DNA from: Octopus vulgaris
Lineage: Eukaryota
Direction of reading: 5' to 3'
Assembly (NCBI GenBank): GCA_951406725.2
Contig: OX597814.1
Coordinates: 103,168,001-103,232,000 of the forward strand
DNA: 64,000 nt
How positions within the stretch are numbered: position 1 is the stretch's first letter; each line of letters begins with the position of its first letter. A program made the translations under genes and the position numbers. Under the pieces are notes generated by a model. It was given only the letters and a program-made list of their open reading frames with translations. It did no database searches and was not told the DNA's origin. Below, in pieces: positions 1-47,129 of this stretch.

Positions 1-1310
1 CATTCCATACAGTCTTGCCATTTCCACTTTCAATTCGGAGTACTTGGTTTTTTTTTTCTTGGTCTTTACTCACAACATTCATGTCATTTGGTATGGCTAC
101 ATCAATGATCTGACACTATTTGTTTCTCTTATTCAATATGACAATATCCGGCCGACAATGTTCGATTACACAATCCGTCTGAAAAATCATAGTCCCAGAG
201 TGTCGTTACTTTTCCATCCTCCTGCAAACCTTTACTTGGTACATGCTTATACCAGTTCTCTGTTACTTCATATTGGTATTTACATCATAAGAGCCAACGA
301 AGATACACACACATTTTATCGTGGCGGCGCTTGTATTCTTTTTGTGTAAGGCTCTCACATCCACTTACCAAGTGGGTCACATCCTGCATTTATGGGTGTC
401 CGAAGTTTTATAGATGTTATTCTTCACTGAATTGGTAGTGAGAGCCTGGTCTTGTGCAGCAATGATCAGGCTTTCAGTGGTATGCTTCAAATCACATCGC
501 TCAAGCCGTGCCCACGATGCTGTATTATCCTTAACGTCTTGTGTATTCCTTTAAAACTGTCCATGCATTCTCATTTCAAGAAGGTCTTCCTTCCTCTTCT
601 CCCCAGCTCTTTGGTTAAACTCTTCCTTGCCTATAATTTCATCTGCATTTACACCCATATCTTTCGCAGCATATTGCAGCAGGTCTTCATCACTATTTAT
701 CAAATACTCGGCAAGCGTTCTCCTTTCACTCCTTATACAATGGTCTATACTAATTAGTCCTCTGCAATCATTCTTTCTTTTCATATACAGTATGTTTACG
801 TTTGCTTTAGAGTGTAGCGCTCCACGCAGCGTCATCAACTTTCTCGTCCTTCTGTCCAGTGTTGATATTTCCTTCTTAGTCCATCTGAGGATGGACGCAT
901 TATATCTGATCACCGCAACTGACCAGATATTCATTGCGGTAATCAAAGTTTTGGCATTCAGGTTGGATTTCAGCACCATCTTCGTTTTTGATACACCTCG
1001 CTGATTTTGACTTTCATTTATCTGTGTAGAATGTCATCCAGCTCCAAAATCCCTAAATATCTATACCCACTACCGTCGGGCTCACTCCTGATGGTAACCA
1101 CAATCCTCTGCAAGCTGCTTTCTTCCCTTTTTTCATATTAAGCACTGAGCATTTAGTAATCCCAAATTCCATACCGATGCCCCTACCACACTTCTGGACT
1201 GTTTTGGTTAAGGAATCTATCTGTTTTTCAGATTTCCCAAACAATTTCAGGTTATCCATAAATAGAAGATGGTTCAATGATGGGCCTTTCGTCCCACATC
1301 GATAACCCAT
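1..1310 (-). mobile_element. Degenerate R4/Dong-clade non-LTR retrotransposon (RT C-terminus to RLE endonuclease region)
   Basis: Minus ORFs NHLLFMDNLKLF (RT YxDD-like) and WSVAVIRYNASILRWTKKEISTLDRRTRKLMT...LYMKRKNDCRGLIS, with KEYKRRHD and IIDVAIPND-like motifs near 70-330; frameshifted. Confidence 0.85.
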
Positions 1311-1340
1311 CTTAACTTTCTTTAATTATTATTATTATTA

Positions 1341-1557
1341 TTTACTCTTTTACTCTTTTACTTGTTTCAGTCATTTGACTGTGGCCATGCTGGAGCACCG
1401 CTTTTAGTCGAGCAAATCGACCCCAGGACTTATTCTTTGTAAGCCTAGTACTTATTCTATTGGTCTCTTTTGCCAAACCGCTAAGTCACGGGGACGTAAA
1501 CACACCACCATCGGTTGTCAAGCGATGTTGTGGGGACAAATACAGACACAAACATAT

Positions 1558-1598
<41 letters not shown>

Positions 1599-1761
1599 CG
1601 ACAGGCTTCCTTCAGTTTCCGTCTACCAAATCCACTCACAAGGCTTTGGTCGGCCCGAGGCAATAGTAGAAGACACTTGCCCAAGGTGCCATGCAGTGGG
1701 AATGAACCTGGAACTATGTGGTTGGTAAGCAACTACTTACCACACAGCCACTCCTGCGCCT
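1341..1761 (-). mobile_element. tRNA-derived SINE, family A, with internal (TA)n
   Basis: Reverse complement starts AGGCGCAGGAGTGGCTGTGTGGTAAG (A box)...GGTTCATTCCC (B box) and has an (AAGAGTAA) tail; related copies at 17393, 52802, 57851. Confidence 0.85.
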
Positions 1762-2559
1762 ATTATTGATTGTTTTTTTATAAGCCCTTCTGCTCGGCGC
1801 TAATCACATTCCGTCCGAGGTTAATTAATTAAGTGACGTTGACATCCGCTTTCAATGGTTGCAGTATTTTTTCTTGTTTGTTGACATTTGAAGGATTTAT
1901 GGTTTTGCAATTTGTTCTTCAACGGAAGTCACATGACTGAAATAAAGAGACTTATAGCTAATCGATTTAACTGATTCTGCTAAATAAGTTGAGGATAATT
2001 GATCACTTGTGAAGATAGTCAAACCCCGACACTAACCCCAACTAACCCCACAATATAACGAAGTCTTGTTCAAGGACGGTGATAGTTTTTTTTTTATGAT
2101 CGAAAACTTGTGACTATGATGTCCAGTGGCGTCACGATCAGCTGACAACACCAAAACAAGCGTCCATACATTGACTAAAGAAATTCTAGTGATCCCATGG
2201 TTAGTTTTAGTGACCTAGAAGTTGACTTCGCTGAGATTTAAACTAACAATGTAAAGGCATGTGTCAAAGTATTAGAGCGCTCTACCGATTCTGATACCAT
2301 CTGCTATTCTTGTTATATGATACTAAGGAATCGATAAGATATTGCTTACTTTATGTACACCCTAACCAAGAGACGAATCCAGCACAGTTTATGTTCCAGC
2401 CACCTTCACTCACATCGTAGGGGATTCTTTTTATGAACTTGTTTCTGTCGGACTGAGTCGACGAGCGATAACTTTCTGCTGACTCCTGACAAAAATTACA
2501 TATCACACATCACAGCGTTAAATCCCCGACTCAGACGACACACAACAAATGACTCCAAT

Positions 2560-3180
2560 ATCTGTCCTGTTTTAATTCACATCTCATTAAGTTGCTGTTT
2601 TTTATTGGAACGTTCGGCAAGTATTTACTTTCTAAAGTGTGGATATATTCTGGTTCTGGCGTGCTTTTGTTATGGCCGTCAGAACAATTCTTCCTTTATT
2701 TAGCTTTGTGGACGATTTTAGCGACAAAGTAATATTTAGTGGAAAGGTAGTATCTTGCAGATATTTTTGGTCAGCTACTAATGGCATCTACACTATTATG
2801 GCACATTCGACACTTTCTATTACAGCAGAGAAGTTAAGACGCATCCTGGTCTCTCTTCTTGATCAGCTAGTTAGTAGCTATCTGTTCTTGGATAGCAAAG
2901 GTGTAACTATTTAGGCGATGTGTGATGTATTTATCCTAGGCCCAGAAGTAGCTACTATTCCTATCAATGTTGTTGGTAATCTCTAACTTAACGGATATCT
3001 ATCCATGCATAACTTTCTGTTGGCTCGATTTTGCCTCCAAATCTCTATTTAAGTAGGTTAAACCAACTACTCTTGGTTCTTATGAAAACCTGTATACTCA
3101 GAGTACTTGTTCAGGAGTACTTTGTCTAATCTCATGGAGTCATTCATTCCGCTATTAAGTATATACGTGATGTACTGACT
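2560..3180 (-). mobile_element. Highly degenerate R4/Dong LINE fragment
   Basis: Minus translation FAIQEQIATN*LIKKRDQDAS...CRMCHNSV...PKISARYYL matches the 28366-29019 ORF. Confidence 0.7.
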
Positions 3181-3203
3181 TCTCCCTTAACTATATATAT
3201 ATT

Positions 3204-3250
<47 letters not shown>

Positions 3251-3640
3251 CTGTTAAACAGGACGTCAAACATTAAATAAAGCAAGGCAAACATCTCAAG
3301 TCACTTACCTAGCGTACCTAATCGTTTAGATCACCTGTGAACTAAACCTCCATACTTTGTGTGTGTGTGTATATATATATATGTATTCACTTCTATTTTA
3401 TTTCTTTATTACTATTCTTCATAGACGGAAGGAACTGGTTCCTAATCAAGAATCAAAAGCTAACGATAATTGTTATATATTAAACTTTAAAAAAGCCTTG
3501 CTTACTTTTACTGTTCCACTTATACATTATATGTGTAAAGTTCATATGTATGTGCATATTCACTCACGCAGGCGTTTATAAATAATGGCAGTGTACGTAT
3601 ATATGGTTTTGAGGTATATGAAACCACCTATTAGGGACAA

Positions 3641-3840
3641 GGGATCTTTTCTAAAAGATGGACAGAATTTTCTAGTTAACTAAACAATTTGAAACTTCGT
3701 ATACTGGTAGAATGTGTCAAAAGAAAACATTAATTTCAACTACATTTTTTGAGAAAAATGTATTTTGTAACTTTTACGTAGTTTAATTCTTCGAATTTTA
3801 ACCAATGAAATCCCAGCATTTGACCTAAATTCATTTGCTA
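3641..3840. repeat. Interspersed repeat (MITE-like end), related copy at 5848-6020
   Basis: Both copies start GGGATCTTTTC and share TAACTAAACA.TTT.AAACTTCG.A.ACTGGTAGAATGTGTCA. Confidence 0.55.
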
Positions 3841-3987
3841 CGTCTAAGTAAACAGCACACACATACACACACACGTGTTATTCATCCATCACTTCTGTCT
3901 TCTGTAGGGGCTAGAAATAACAGCTATATCTCTTAAATCGATGAATTTCGTCGCCCAATAAAAATATTAACGATATTTTTTGGACTT

Positions 3988-4552
3988 TTAAAACATGTTC
4001 GTATTCGTTCCGCTTTCGCTGGACATCAACTTTTTTTTTCGGTTTCCACGCATTGTCTTGTTATTTCCAATAAAGTGGACTTTATTGGAAATAACAAGAC
4101 AATGCGTGGAATACGTCACCGTACGTATTGTACATCCTGTTAGTCCCCTTTCACGAGTTGCTTGACGTGTTGATTTTTGCGGTCTGCGGTTGAACATTTC
4201 CTGCACTGGTGCCTCGTTCTCTCTTGATCGGGGTGTGAGTGGGGCGGCCATTTCTTCTCGCATCGCTCACAGAGCCCGTGGTCATTAGCTTTGCAGGACA
4301 ACTCTTTATTGTCTTCGGACGTTTGTTTTGTGTTGCATGCTTACCTTTCCATGCACACCACCAGCTACTATCTTAGCTCGCTCCTGAACAGTCAAGCGAC
4401 TGGCCATCGGGAAAATAAGAAATAAGAAAATAAGAAAATAAAAATCCCCATCAGTGTTGATTTTTCAAAAAAATGTTTTCGTCATGACTTCCGTGATACT
4501 AAAAATTCTATAAGCAATTTCTAATGCCTACTTACTTTCCACCCACCCAGTA
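3988..4552 (-). mobile_element. Tc1/mariner-type DNA transposon remnant (5' end, DUF4817-like N-terminus)
   Basis: TA-CTGGGTGGG terminus near 4552; minus reading MASRLTVQERAKI and ENEAPVQEMFNRRPQKSTRQATRERGL (HTH linker-like). Confidence 0.65.
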
Positions 4553-4651
4553 TATATATATTCACACTCACATATGCATAGATGTATATAAATATCTATA
4601 TATAGAAAGAGAGATATAGATATATATATATATACGGGGGCGTAATACACA

Positions 4652-4656
<5 letters not shown>

Positions 4657-4721
<65 letters not shown>
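4657..4721. repeat. (CA)n microsatellite
   Basis: Pure dinucleotide run. Confidence 0.97.
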
Positions 4722-4724
<3 letters not shown>

Positions 4725-6060
4725 TATTGTTAAAATGTTTTTTGATGCTGCTGCATTGCATGACAAGCTGTATTTTTGTCTGTGTTAATTCATCTGGATT
4801 AATTATGATGATGTTAATTCAAATGGATTAATTATGCTGATGTATTATCGTCTGTCTGTAATGAGATAGAGAGATAGAGAGCGAGGAGATTAACACAGAT
4901 CAGCTGCTGATGCAAACAACAGAAGCTCGTTATTTGGTTTTGTTTGGATGTGACGATGTTTGCTGAGCAAATAAATCGCAGTTTGTGTTGTTTATTGATA
5001 CCCAATAATCGCCATCAATTTTAAAAGCGAAATTGGTGACATATTCCAGAAGATATTTTCGATATTTGCTGTGTTTTTTGTTTTTACTTTTTAATCAGAA
5101 GGGAAGGCAGTATTCTTGACCTTTCACGGGTCCTCTGGGTTTGATCCGAATGCTTGCCACGGAATATGCTCCCCTAAAGGAACCCAACGTGTCACAAAGT
5201 AATGTTAAACTAGGCTGCAAATTAAGTCAACCATTTAAGTAAGCCATGGCAGGATTTGAACTCGGAACGAAGAGATGTGGAGCAAATATCGTCGTTTTTG
5301 TTTTTTTACAGTTGCACCAATCCATTGCCCTAATCGGCAGAATTTGAACTTAAAGAGCCGAGTATTAAAATATGTAACACGAGACATTATCCGACAAATA
5401 AAATTCGATGCTCATTTATATAAAACTACTTAATTTTGCTGGGGTTTTTTTTTTTCATTTGATTTGGTCTCAAATGACTGTTTAGTATCGCAACAATCTA
5501 TAAAAGTCGCATAAGTATATAATAAAGTGATTTCTTTATTTGGAAAACAATTCCAAGAAGTTTTCGTCATTTCTAGTCGAAACAGAAACGCGTTTTCTGA
5601 AAACATGAATAGTGAAAAAAAACCAAAAAAAAACCAGACATCGGAGGGGTGATGCATACCCTGCGCTCACACAAGGATAAAATATAATTTCATCAAATAA
5701 ATATATTCTCAGACGAATTCATATTTCAACTAAATGGCACCAAGAGTTAAAGCCCTGCTTATCAGTTATGCATATATAAATAAATTTAAAAAAAAAACAT
5801 TTTGATTTACCCGTCCGCCAGTTTTGAAGATAATTAAACCAAAATAATGGGATCTTTTCCGTTTGAACAGCAGATCGAGAAATTCATTTTTTGTAACTAA
5901 ACACTTTCAAACTTCGGACACTGGTAGAATGTGTCATATAAAACATCTTTTACTCTTAGCGTTTTTGAGAAAAGTTTATATTTACGAAGTTATTTCGCGT
6001 TAAAGTTGTCGTGTTTCGGTAACTGATTATAATTGATGGCGAGTTCAGAAGAACAAAAAC

Positions 6061-6083
6061 AGTAGTAGTAGTAGTAGTAGTAA

Positions 6084-6134
<51 letters not shown>

Positions 6135-6190
6135 CAGCAGCAGCAGCAGTAGTAGTAGTGGTAGTAGTAGTAGTAGTAGTAGTAGTAGTA
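6061..6190. repeat. (AGT)n/(AGC)n compound trinucleotide microsatellite
   Basis: Direct reading; source of the poly-T/Y/L ORFs. A similar compound repeat lies at 10978-11063. Confidence 0.97.
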
Positions 6191-8648
6191 ATCGTTGTCG
6201 TCGTAGTGGTAGTTGTGGAGGGAGTAGGAGGAGAAGCAGATACAACAGTAGTAGGGGAGAAGGGAAAGAGGGTAAGAGGAAAAGGAAGAGCGACGGAGAA
6301 AGGGGCCAATAGATTTTGAGAGAGTAGGGAGACAGGTTGCAGCAGTTGTCTTTGTAGGTTGTATTAAAACTGTTTCCATGAATCGAATGATCCCTTCTGG
6401 AGGTCGCAGTTATTTGTGTTGATGGCAGCTACACCATCCAAGGTGAATGAGCAATATTTGTGGCTGGAAGTTTAGTAACAGTTGAAAAGTAAAGTGTATT
6501 GTCCTCCTGGAGAAGATCCCCCTCCCCCGCTCCCGGGGTAACTGAATCTAATAAAACTGGAGTCATTCATAGATGGAGAAATCTGACAATAAATTCCTGA
6601 GAGAGAGGCATCGTCTACTTTAACATGAGACATCTTATGGCGGACTTTTACTGGTCTAATAATGAGCAACGAACATTGGAAACAACCTCCATCCAGAATA
6701 TAACAACATAGTCACCTAACACAGTGTCGCTGTATAAGGAAACACCTTCAATAATAAATATATTTTTTTTAATTATAAGCCACAGACTACTCAGTCCATT
6801 ACACACTTTCTATTGGATCTCAGCTTATAACGATCTTCCAGGGCGACCACACGCCTGGAACCTAATTAAACCCACATTTCAAATGTTAGAATTTCTCTTC
6901 GATACTACAAAATATTTCAATCATAACCAGTTGCTGGCACTCTACAAGTGTTACTCACATAATATGAGTAAGGCTCATAGTTTTGAAACGGAGTTGCTAC
7001 TCCTTATTTAAGCAATTTAAAGCCATTAGTTCACCAGCCAATCTTCACTCGCCAACAAACATTAACCTACAGATGCACTGTGCTGTACATCTTCTTCCGC
7101 TACCATAACGACTTCTATACACACCTGAACTGCTAAACTGTGCCCCAGCTCTGATCGAAATCTGACTGATGACACCAAAATCACATTTAGATTCAACTAG
7201 AACCTCTCCAGAGAAATCTGAACCAGGGCATGTTAGACAAGGAAGTGAGTCGGCAAAACAATTAGAATGACGAGCAAAATGCATTAAAGATTTTAGTTTC
7301 AACATTTGACATTCTAAGTTCAAATCGTCCCGGGTTCAACTTTGTTCTCTTTTATATGCTGGAGGGATTCAAAGCCTTAAACGTCTCTTCACGCCATACT
7401 TTGTGTGTTGTGGAACGGAATAATTTTCTTTTTTATCGTAAATATTTCTATTTTAAGTACCTAGTATTAATGAAAACATTTATTCAGTTCATCTCCCTAA
7501 TTTAACTGGTTTATGTCATTATTTATCTCATAAAAAAATTTGATTGATTTTTTTCCCCTATTAATTTCGTTTGCTAATTTCATTCTCATTCAAATCTCAG
7601 TGTGACATTTACATTAAATAAAACTGTTCTCCGTTGATTATTGAATTATTTATCAGTGTTTCTAGCCATTAGTACTTCATTACTTTAGCTTATCACAACG
7701 ACTAATGAATAATCAGGAAATATATCTCAAGTGTTTACATTCTTCAGCACCCAATCCCTCCTCACTCACTCGCCACCCCACTTCTCCAATGTCTGATTAA
7801 TGTCTTCCAACGGTTTTATAAGCGTTTCTCTTGCTTTTCATTATCAGTTATTTGCTGATATGAAAAGAACTAATGTTGTTAGAAAACGAATTAGTTTTAT
7901 AGGTAGCGAATTAGTTGAGTCTTTGGAGTATTGGCGAGAATACCTTGTGATATTTGTTACGGTTTTCCTTGCACTAAGTTCAAATCCCATCGAAGTCATT
8001 GTCCTTTTGGGGTCAATACCAATTAACTACTGAGGCCGATTTCTTCTTCTTCTTCTTCTTCTTCTTCTTCTTCTTCTTCTTCTTCTCTCACGCTGTGTGC
8101 GTGTATGTGTGGTGTGTGTATATATATATATATATAATGATAATATAAATAATATATAAATATATGCATATATACATACATTAGGCCTTGAAGGACTCGA
8201 GTCGTGAGAGGCTATTCATAACGTTCCTTTCTCCAGAAATCGAGGGGGTGTGTTGAACGAGGCGGAGGTGCGGAAGCCAGTAATCTGTTCTCATAGTAAA
8301 ATCGTTGACAATGGAATTGATGTCATTCAAAGATGGTACCAGGTGCAGCACAGTATGCAGCAGATACAAAGAAAGAAGAATTAGTTTCTGTAAACAAACC
8401 ATTTTTAATGAGGCGAACATTTTGTGTTTTGCAAATAATCATCTCAGCGTGTGTCCCCTCTCACAGTCTGACAGCGGCAGCAGGTATCTTGAAGTGGTTG
8501 CCAGCTTGTTTAATATTGATAGCATCGTTACTATAGCTATCAGATGTTCAGTCACAATGAACTAGCTTTATGTAAATTGATTATTTATAAATGAGAAAAA
8601 CAATTTGTCTTGTCACTAAAATATTTACTTTCTTATCTTTTTTCCTAG

Positions 8649-42686
<34,038 letters not shown>

Positions 42687-42883
42687 ATTGATTCTGTGAC
42701 CCATTCATGCGCAACACATGCAGGTTTTGCAGTCTAATGAGCAAGTGCATATCAAGCATGACTATATCTAAACATAACACACACACACGCACACGCACAC
42801 ACACACACGCACACACACACTCACACACTCACACACACATACAAGCACACCTACACATACTCACACATATATACATGTATATA

Positions 42884-42954
<71 letters not shown>

Positions 42955-42983
42955 ATGTATATATATGTATATATACACACACA

Positions 42984-43356
42984 TATATAAAAGATGGAGG
43001 TGGAAATAGCATAGAAGTAAGTCTGAGACATTTCAATTTAAGAGGGAATTTAATAAAAAAATTATATAATGAAAATATTACCAATTTCAATGTTTCTCAT
43101 CTTATCAAATATCAGTAAAAATTTATAAAATTTGAAGTTTATCTTCTGTCCTGGGGGGGGGGGGTCAAGACATGTTCTTCCCCCCGACAGAAGATAAACT
43201 GTTTTTACTTCAAATTTTTATAGATTTTTACTGATATTTGATAATATGAGAAACATTGAAACCGGTAATATTTTCTTTATATATTATTTTTATTAAATTC
43301 TCTTTTAAATTGAAATGTCTTAGACTTACTTCTGTGCTATTTCCACCTCCATCTTT

Positions 43357-43360
<4 letters not shown>
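42984..43360. mobile_element. Palindromic Penelope-like remnant about 300 bp downstream of the calbindin stop
   Basis: About 170-bp inverted arms (AAAAGATGGAGGTGGAAATAGC...GCTATTTCCACCTCCATCTTTT) with a CTGATA...GAAACCGGTA hammerhead-like relic. Confidence 0.65.
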
Positions 43361-43397
<37 letters not shown>

Positions 43398-43682
43398 TAT
43401 GTAATGTGTGTTGGTAAACCAAGTCATTTCTTCATAGCTAAAGGTTTCAGGCATTTGACTTTAATCAATTCTACTCATTAGGATAAAATAATTATCTAAA
43501 ACTCTCACTAATGTGTATCATTGATTGGCATCAGATGCACGAAACCTTTAGATATGAGGAAAGAAACTCTCGTGTGCCAACACACGTTCATAACAGACTC
43601 TACACGCTTCTAACATGGGTGTGTACAGAGCATTTGGCATGAAAAAAAACAAATGCAGTATATTCACATAGGCCTACATACA

Positions 43683-43750
<68 letters not shown>

Positions 43751-43752
43751 TG

Positions 43753-43801
<49 letters not shown>

Positions 43802-43836
43802 TTGTATGTATATGATGTATATGTTATGTGTATATA

Positions 43837-43885
<49 letters not shown>

Positions 43886-43896
43886 TATGTATATAT

Positions 43897-43939
<43 letters not shown>

Positions 43940-44390
43940 ATGTATATGATGTATATGTTATGTGTATATATATATGTGTGTGTGTGTCTGTATGTGTGTA
44001 TATATATGTATGTATACATCTTAAAATACATAACAAAATAACTGCTGCTTGTAATTTCACTCCTCATATTTTAGCTATGGCTTCATTAGAATCCTATCAC
44101 TAATTCCTTCTTTTAATTAGTTAAAACAAATTTCAAATGCCTCTTGTTGTTATTTTTTTTCATTTTACGTTTGCTTGTTTTTTATTCACCTGCACCTAAT
44201 TACCTTGACAGTTCAGAGCTGTAATAGATTGTGTGTTTTATTTACACTATTACCCATGTTTCTATTTTCTGATCATCAGACATGTTTTGTTTCAGTTTTC
44301 CATGGTATTCTATACAGAAATGTATAATGCTTTGTGCATGTGTATGGTAGATATGTATCTGTGGATGTGAGCATGTATGTACGTATATAT

Positions 44391-44439
<49 letters not shown>

Positions 44440-44450
<11 letters not shown>

Positions 44451-44950
44451 GTGTAATGATGTCTGTCTGTGTGTTTGAGGGTTACTCCTCAGTTGGCATC
44501 GATTTTTGTGAGCTCAATCGGGTGTTTGAATGGAAATTCCCATAACGATGTTATTTTTTCTGCAGCTTTTGCATTTTTGTCCGATTTTGATGAAAATCGA
44601 TGAGTGAGCGAGGCTCATGACAGCGAGTTGATATCAGTATATGGCGTTGACAAAAAAATCGATGATTGCGCCAGAGCAGGGGTTTTATAAAATCAATAGG
44701 CTTTTTGTGTGCAAATACCTATAGGAATTTTATTTTTGGGCCGTAGCTTTTATATTTTTCGTCCGATTTTACTGAAATTTGAAATTTAGTTAAATTTTGC
44801 GGTAGGGAAGACGGTAAAGGTTTTAATTTAATTCCAGAGCTGGCATCAACTAATGGACTAATGGACATGAACTGTAATCACGTGTAAAGTTTCAACAGTC
44901 AGAGGTGGGCTTAACTTCAACACAGAAAACACGGGCAACGCCGGGTCCAA
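44440..44950 (+). mobile_element. Helitron-like non-autonomous element (3' CTAG lost)
   Basis: Starts TATATAAA...GTCTGTCTGT and ends with the same CGGGCAACGCCGGG hairpin motif as the other Helitrons. Confidence 0.6.
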
Positions 44951-45094
44951 TATATATATATGTATGCATGTATGTATGTATGTATGTATGTATGTATGCA
45001 TGTATGCATGCATACATGCATGTATGTATGTATGTATGTATGTATGTATGTATGTATGTATGTATGTATGTATGTATGTATGTATGTATGTATG

Positions 45095-45127
<33 letters not shown>

Positions 45128-45575
45128 ATTATTGTATCACTGGTCACAACGTGCTATGCTGCATTGCTTTAGCTTTCAAACAATGTACAGAAGAATTACA
45201 TAATTTTAAGCAATGCGTATTTCATTAATAAAAAAATTTATCATTGTGACGTAAATATTATAATCCTATTGCATAGTCAAGTCTTCAGAGAAGCATAACT
45301 CTCATTCATAATTTTATGCATACTTTCTAGATTAGTGAAAGTATTGCCGTCACTGGAACCACAACAACTGTGCTAAAATAGGTTAGAAAGTTAGTCTATA
45401 TATTGGATGTTTAGTGGAAGAAAGTCTTATAAAAATAAAGAAAATTAAGTAGAAAAGTGACTTTTGCACTGCCAAGATGTCTCTGAATAGAAAATGTATC
45501 TAGACAAAACTATCAGATTATAAGGAGAGCAATGTGTGTGTGTGTATGCATGCGTGCATACATGTATGTATATAT

Positions 45576-46086
45576 AATAATAATGACAACAACAACAACA
45601 ATAATCTTTGGATGGAATTTATAAACATTTAATGCATCGCTACGCGCTTTTCCACAAATCACATGTCTCTTAAGATCTCAGTCCATATTCCTGGGATGAT
45701 TACAGTGCAGTCCGTAGTATCCTTGGGCATCAGGTTGATCATCATCATGAGGATTCATTTCTTCAGGCGATGTAACATTAGTAGATGTACAATAGAGGGA
45801 TGTTTATCCCATTTTACCAGTATGAAGGTCAAGTTTAACCATACTGGTAAAATGGGATAAGCATCCATCTGTGGTACACTCACTAATGTTATAGCGCCTG
45901 AAGAAATGAATCCATGAAGACGATCAACTGGATACCCACAGATACTACGAACTATACTGTAATCATCGCAGGAATATGGACTGTGATATTAAGATTTATG
46001 TGATTTGTGGAAGCGCGTGTAGCGATGCATTAAATGTTTATAAATTCCATCCAAGGATTATTGTTGTTGTTGTTGTTATTATTATT
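45576..46086. repeat. About 510-bp imperfect palindrome
   Basis: Arms 45576-45824 and 45840-46086 with a 15-nt loop; bounded by (AAC/AAT)n and (GTT/ATT)n. Confidence 0.9.
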
Positions 46087-46625
46087 GAGTGAGAGAGCAG
46101 TACATGCCATCAAAGTGACACTGGGGTTAACTATACGAAGCCCAGTATACCCATCATGACTACCTGTCTTATAAAGGTACACCAGGCACGTGCATCACAA
46201 CCATATGTACGCGACATGGTGATCTCATATCAAGATAAACAGTGCATGACCTTGCAGGTGGAGCCCAGTTAGAATTTTCTTCAGGTCGAGTAGCCCAACC
46301 CACTCAAAGGGTCCCTGAATAAGGATGGTTTAAGGTTGTTGAACGAACCACCCATGTTTCCAAAGGGGAATTATCCAAACCTCTAAGAATTCTTTTCAAC
46401 ACACGTCTATGATGCTCCCCCACTACTTCTGCTTGTGATCAGAGATGCACATATCGTCAGCCACTAAGGGACATGCTCAACTGGTTACGGTCAAACAACT
46501 GACAAGCTGATCTGTGGTATTGAGCAGAATATTTGCTGTAGCCCATCTTTTATACCAAGACAAAATAATGTACATGATAACACTTCCAATCAGTTAAGAT
46601 CAGAAGCCACGAGAGCCACTGCCTA
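46086..46625 (-). mobile_element. About 550-bp non-coding interspersed element with (TAA)n tail, copy 1
   Basis: Highly similar to 47129-47688; begins GAGTGAGAGAGCAGT right after (TTA)n. Confidence 0.8.
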
Positions 46626-46649
46626 GCCTCGAGAGCCAATTATTATTAT

Positions 46650-47091
46650 TATTCAGTAGTTTTATTTTTATTTTTATAGCGTGCTTTCACTTCACTACCG
46701 AGCGCAGCTCTGTGTGCCTTGGGTATGTGCTGTGATTTGTTGTGATGCTCTGATGGTTATTGTATGGAAAGTGTTCTGCGTAGGATGTGGGCAGTGCCTA
46801 GTAGTGCAATTTTCTGTATGTTATATGTGTTTGTAAGTCCTGGTGTTTTTGTTATGTATTTGTCTGAATATTTTTTTATCATGCCTAATGCACCTACTAT
46901 GATAGGAATTGTTTCTGTTTTCAGATTCCACATTCTAGTTACCTCTATTTCCAGGTCTTTGTATTTTGAGAGTTTCTCCATTTCTTTTAGAGACACGTTG
47001 TCATCTGCCGGTATTGATACATCAATTAAAAAGCATTTTTTTTCTTCATGATCTCTGACAACTATATCTGGTCTGTTGGCCTTAATTTCTC

Positions 47092-47092
<1 letters not shown>
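46650..47092 (-). mobile_element. R4/Dong LINE 3' fragment with (TAA)n tail
   Basis: KANRPDIVV...LIDVSIP...EKLSKYKDLEIEVTRMW...IPIIVGALG...QKIALLGTAHILRR; between TTA repeats. Confidence 0.9.

Positions 47093-47128
<36 letters not shown>

Positions 47129-47129
<1 letters not shown>

Noticed and set aside
1690-1761. tRNA gene (A/B boxes), likewise other SINE heads
   Set aside because: The boxes are followed by SINE body and tail and recur in several copies; no complete cloverleaf.
2021-2052. Telomere-like CTAACCCC repeats
   Set aside because: Only two or three degenerate units; not an interstitial telomeric array.
5956-6379. Poly-Thr/Tyr/Leu ORFs
   Set aside because: Translations of the (AGT)n microsatellite; no splice or domain support.
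1-8648. Upstream calbindin exons (EF1-EF2, LPxEENFL motif)
   Set aside because: No matching exon found by eye; probably 5' of the window.
45895-45935. Hammerhead in the 45.6-kb palindrome (CTGAAGA)
   Set aside because: No GAAA in register and no stem I partner.
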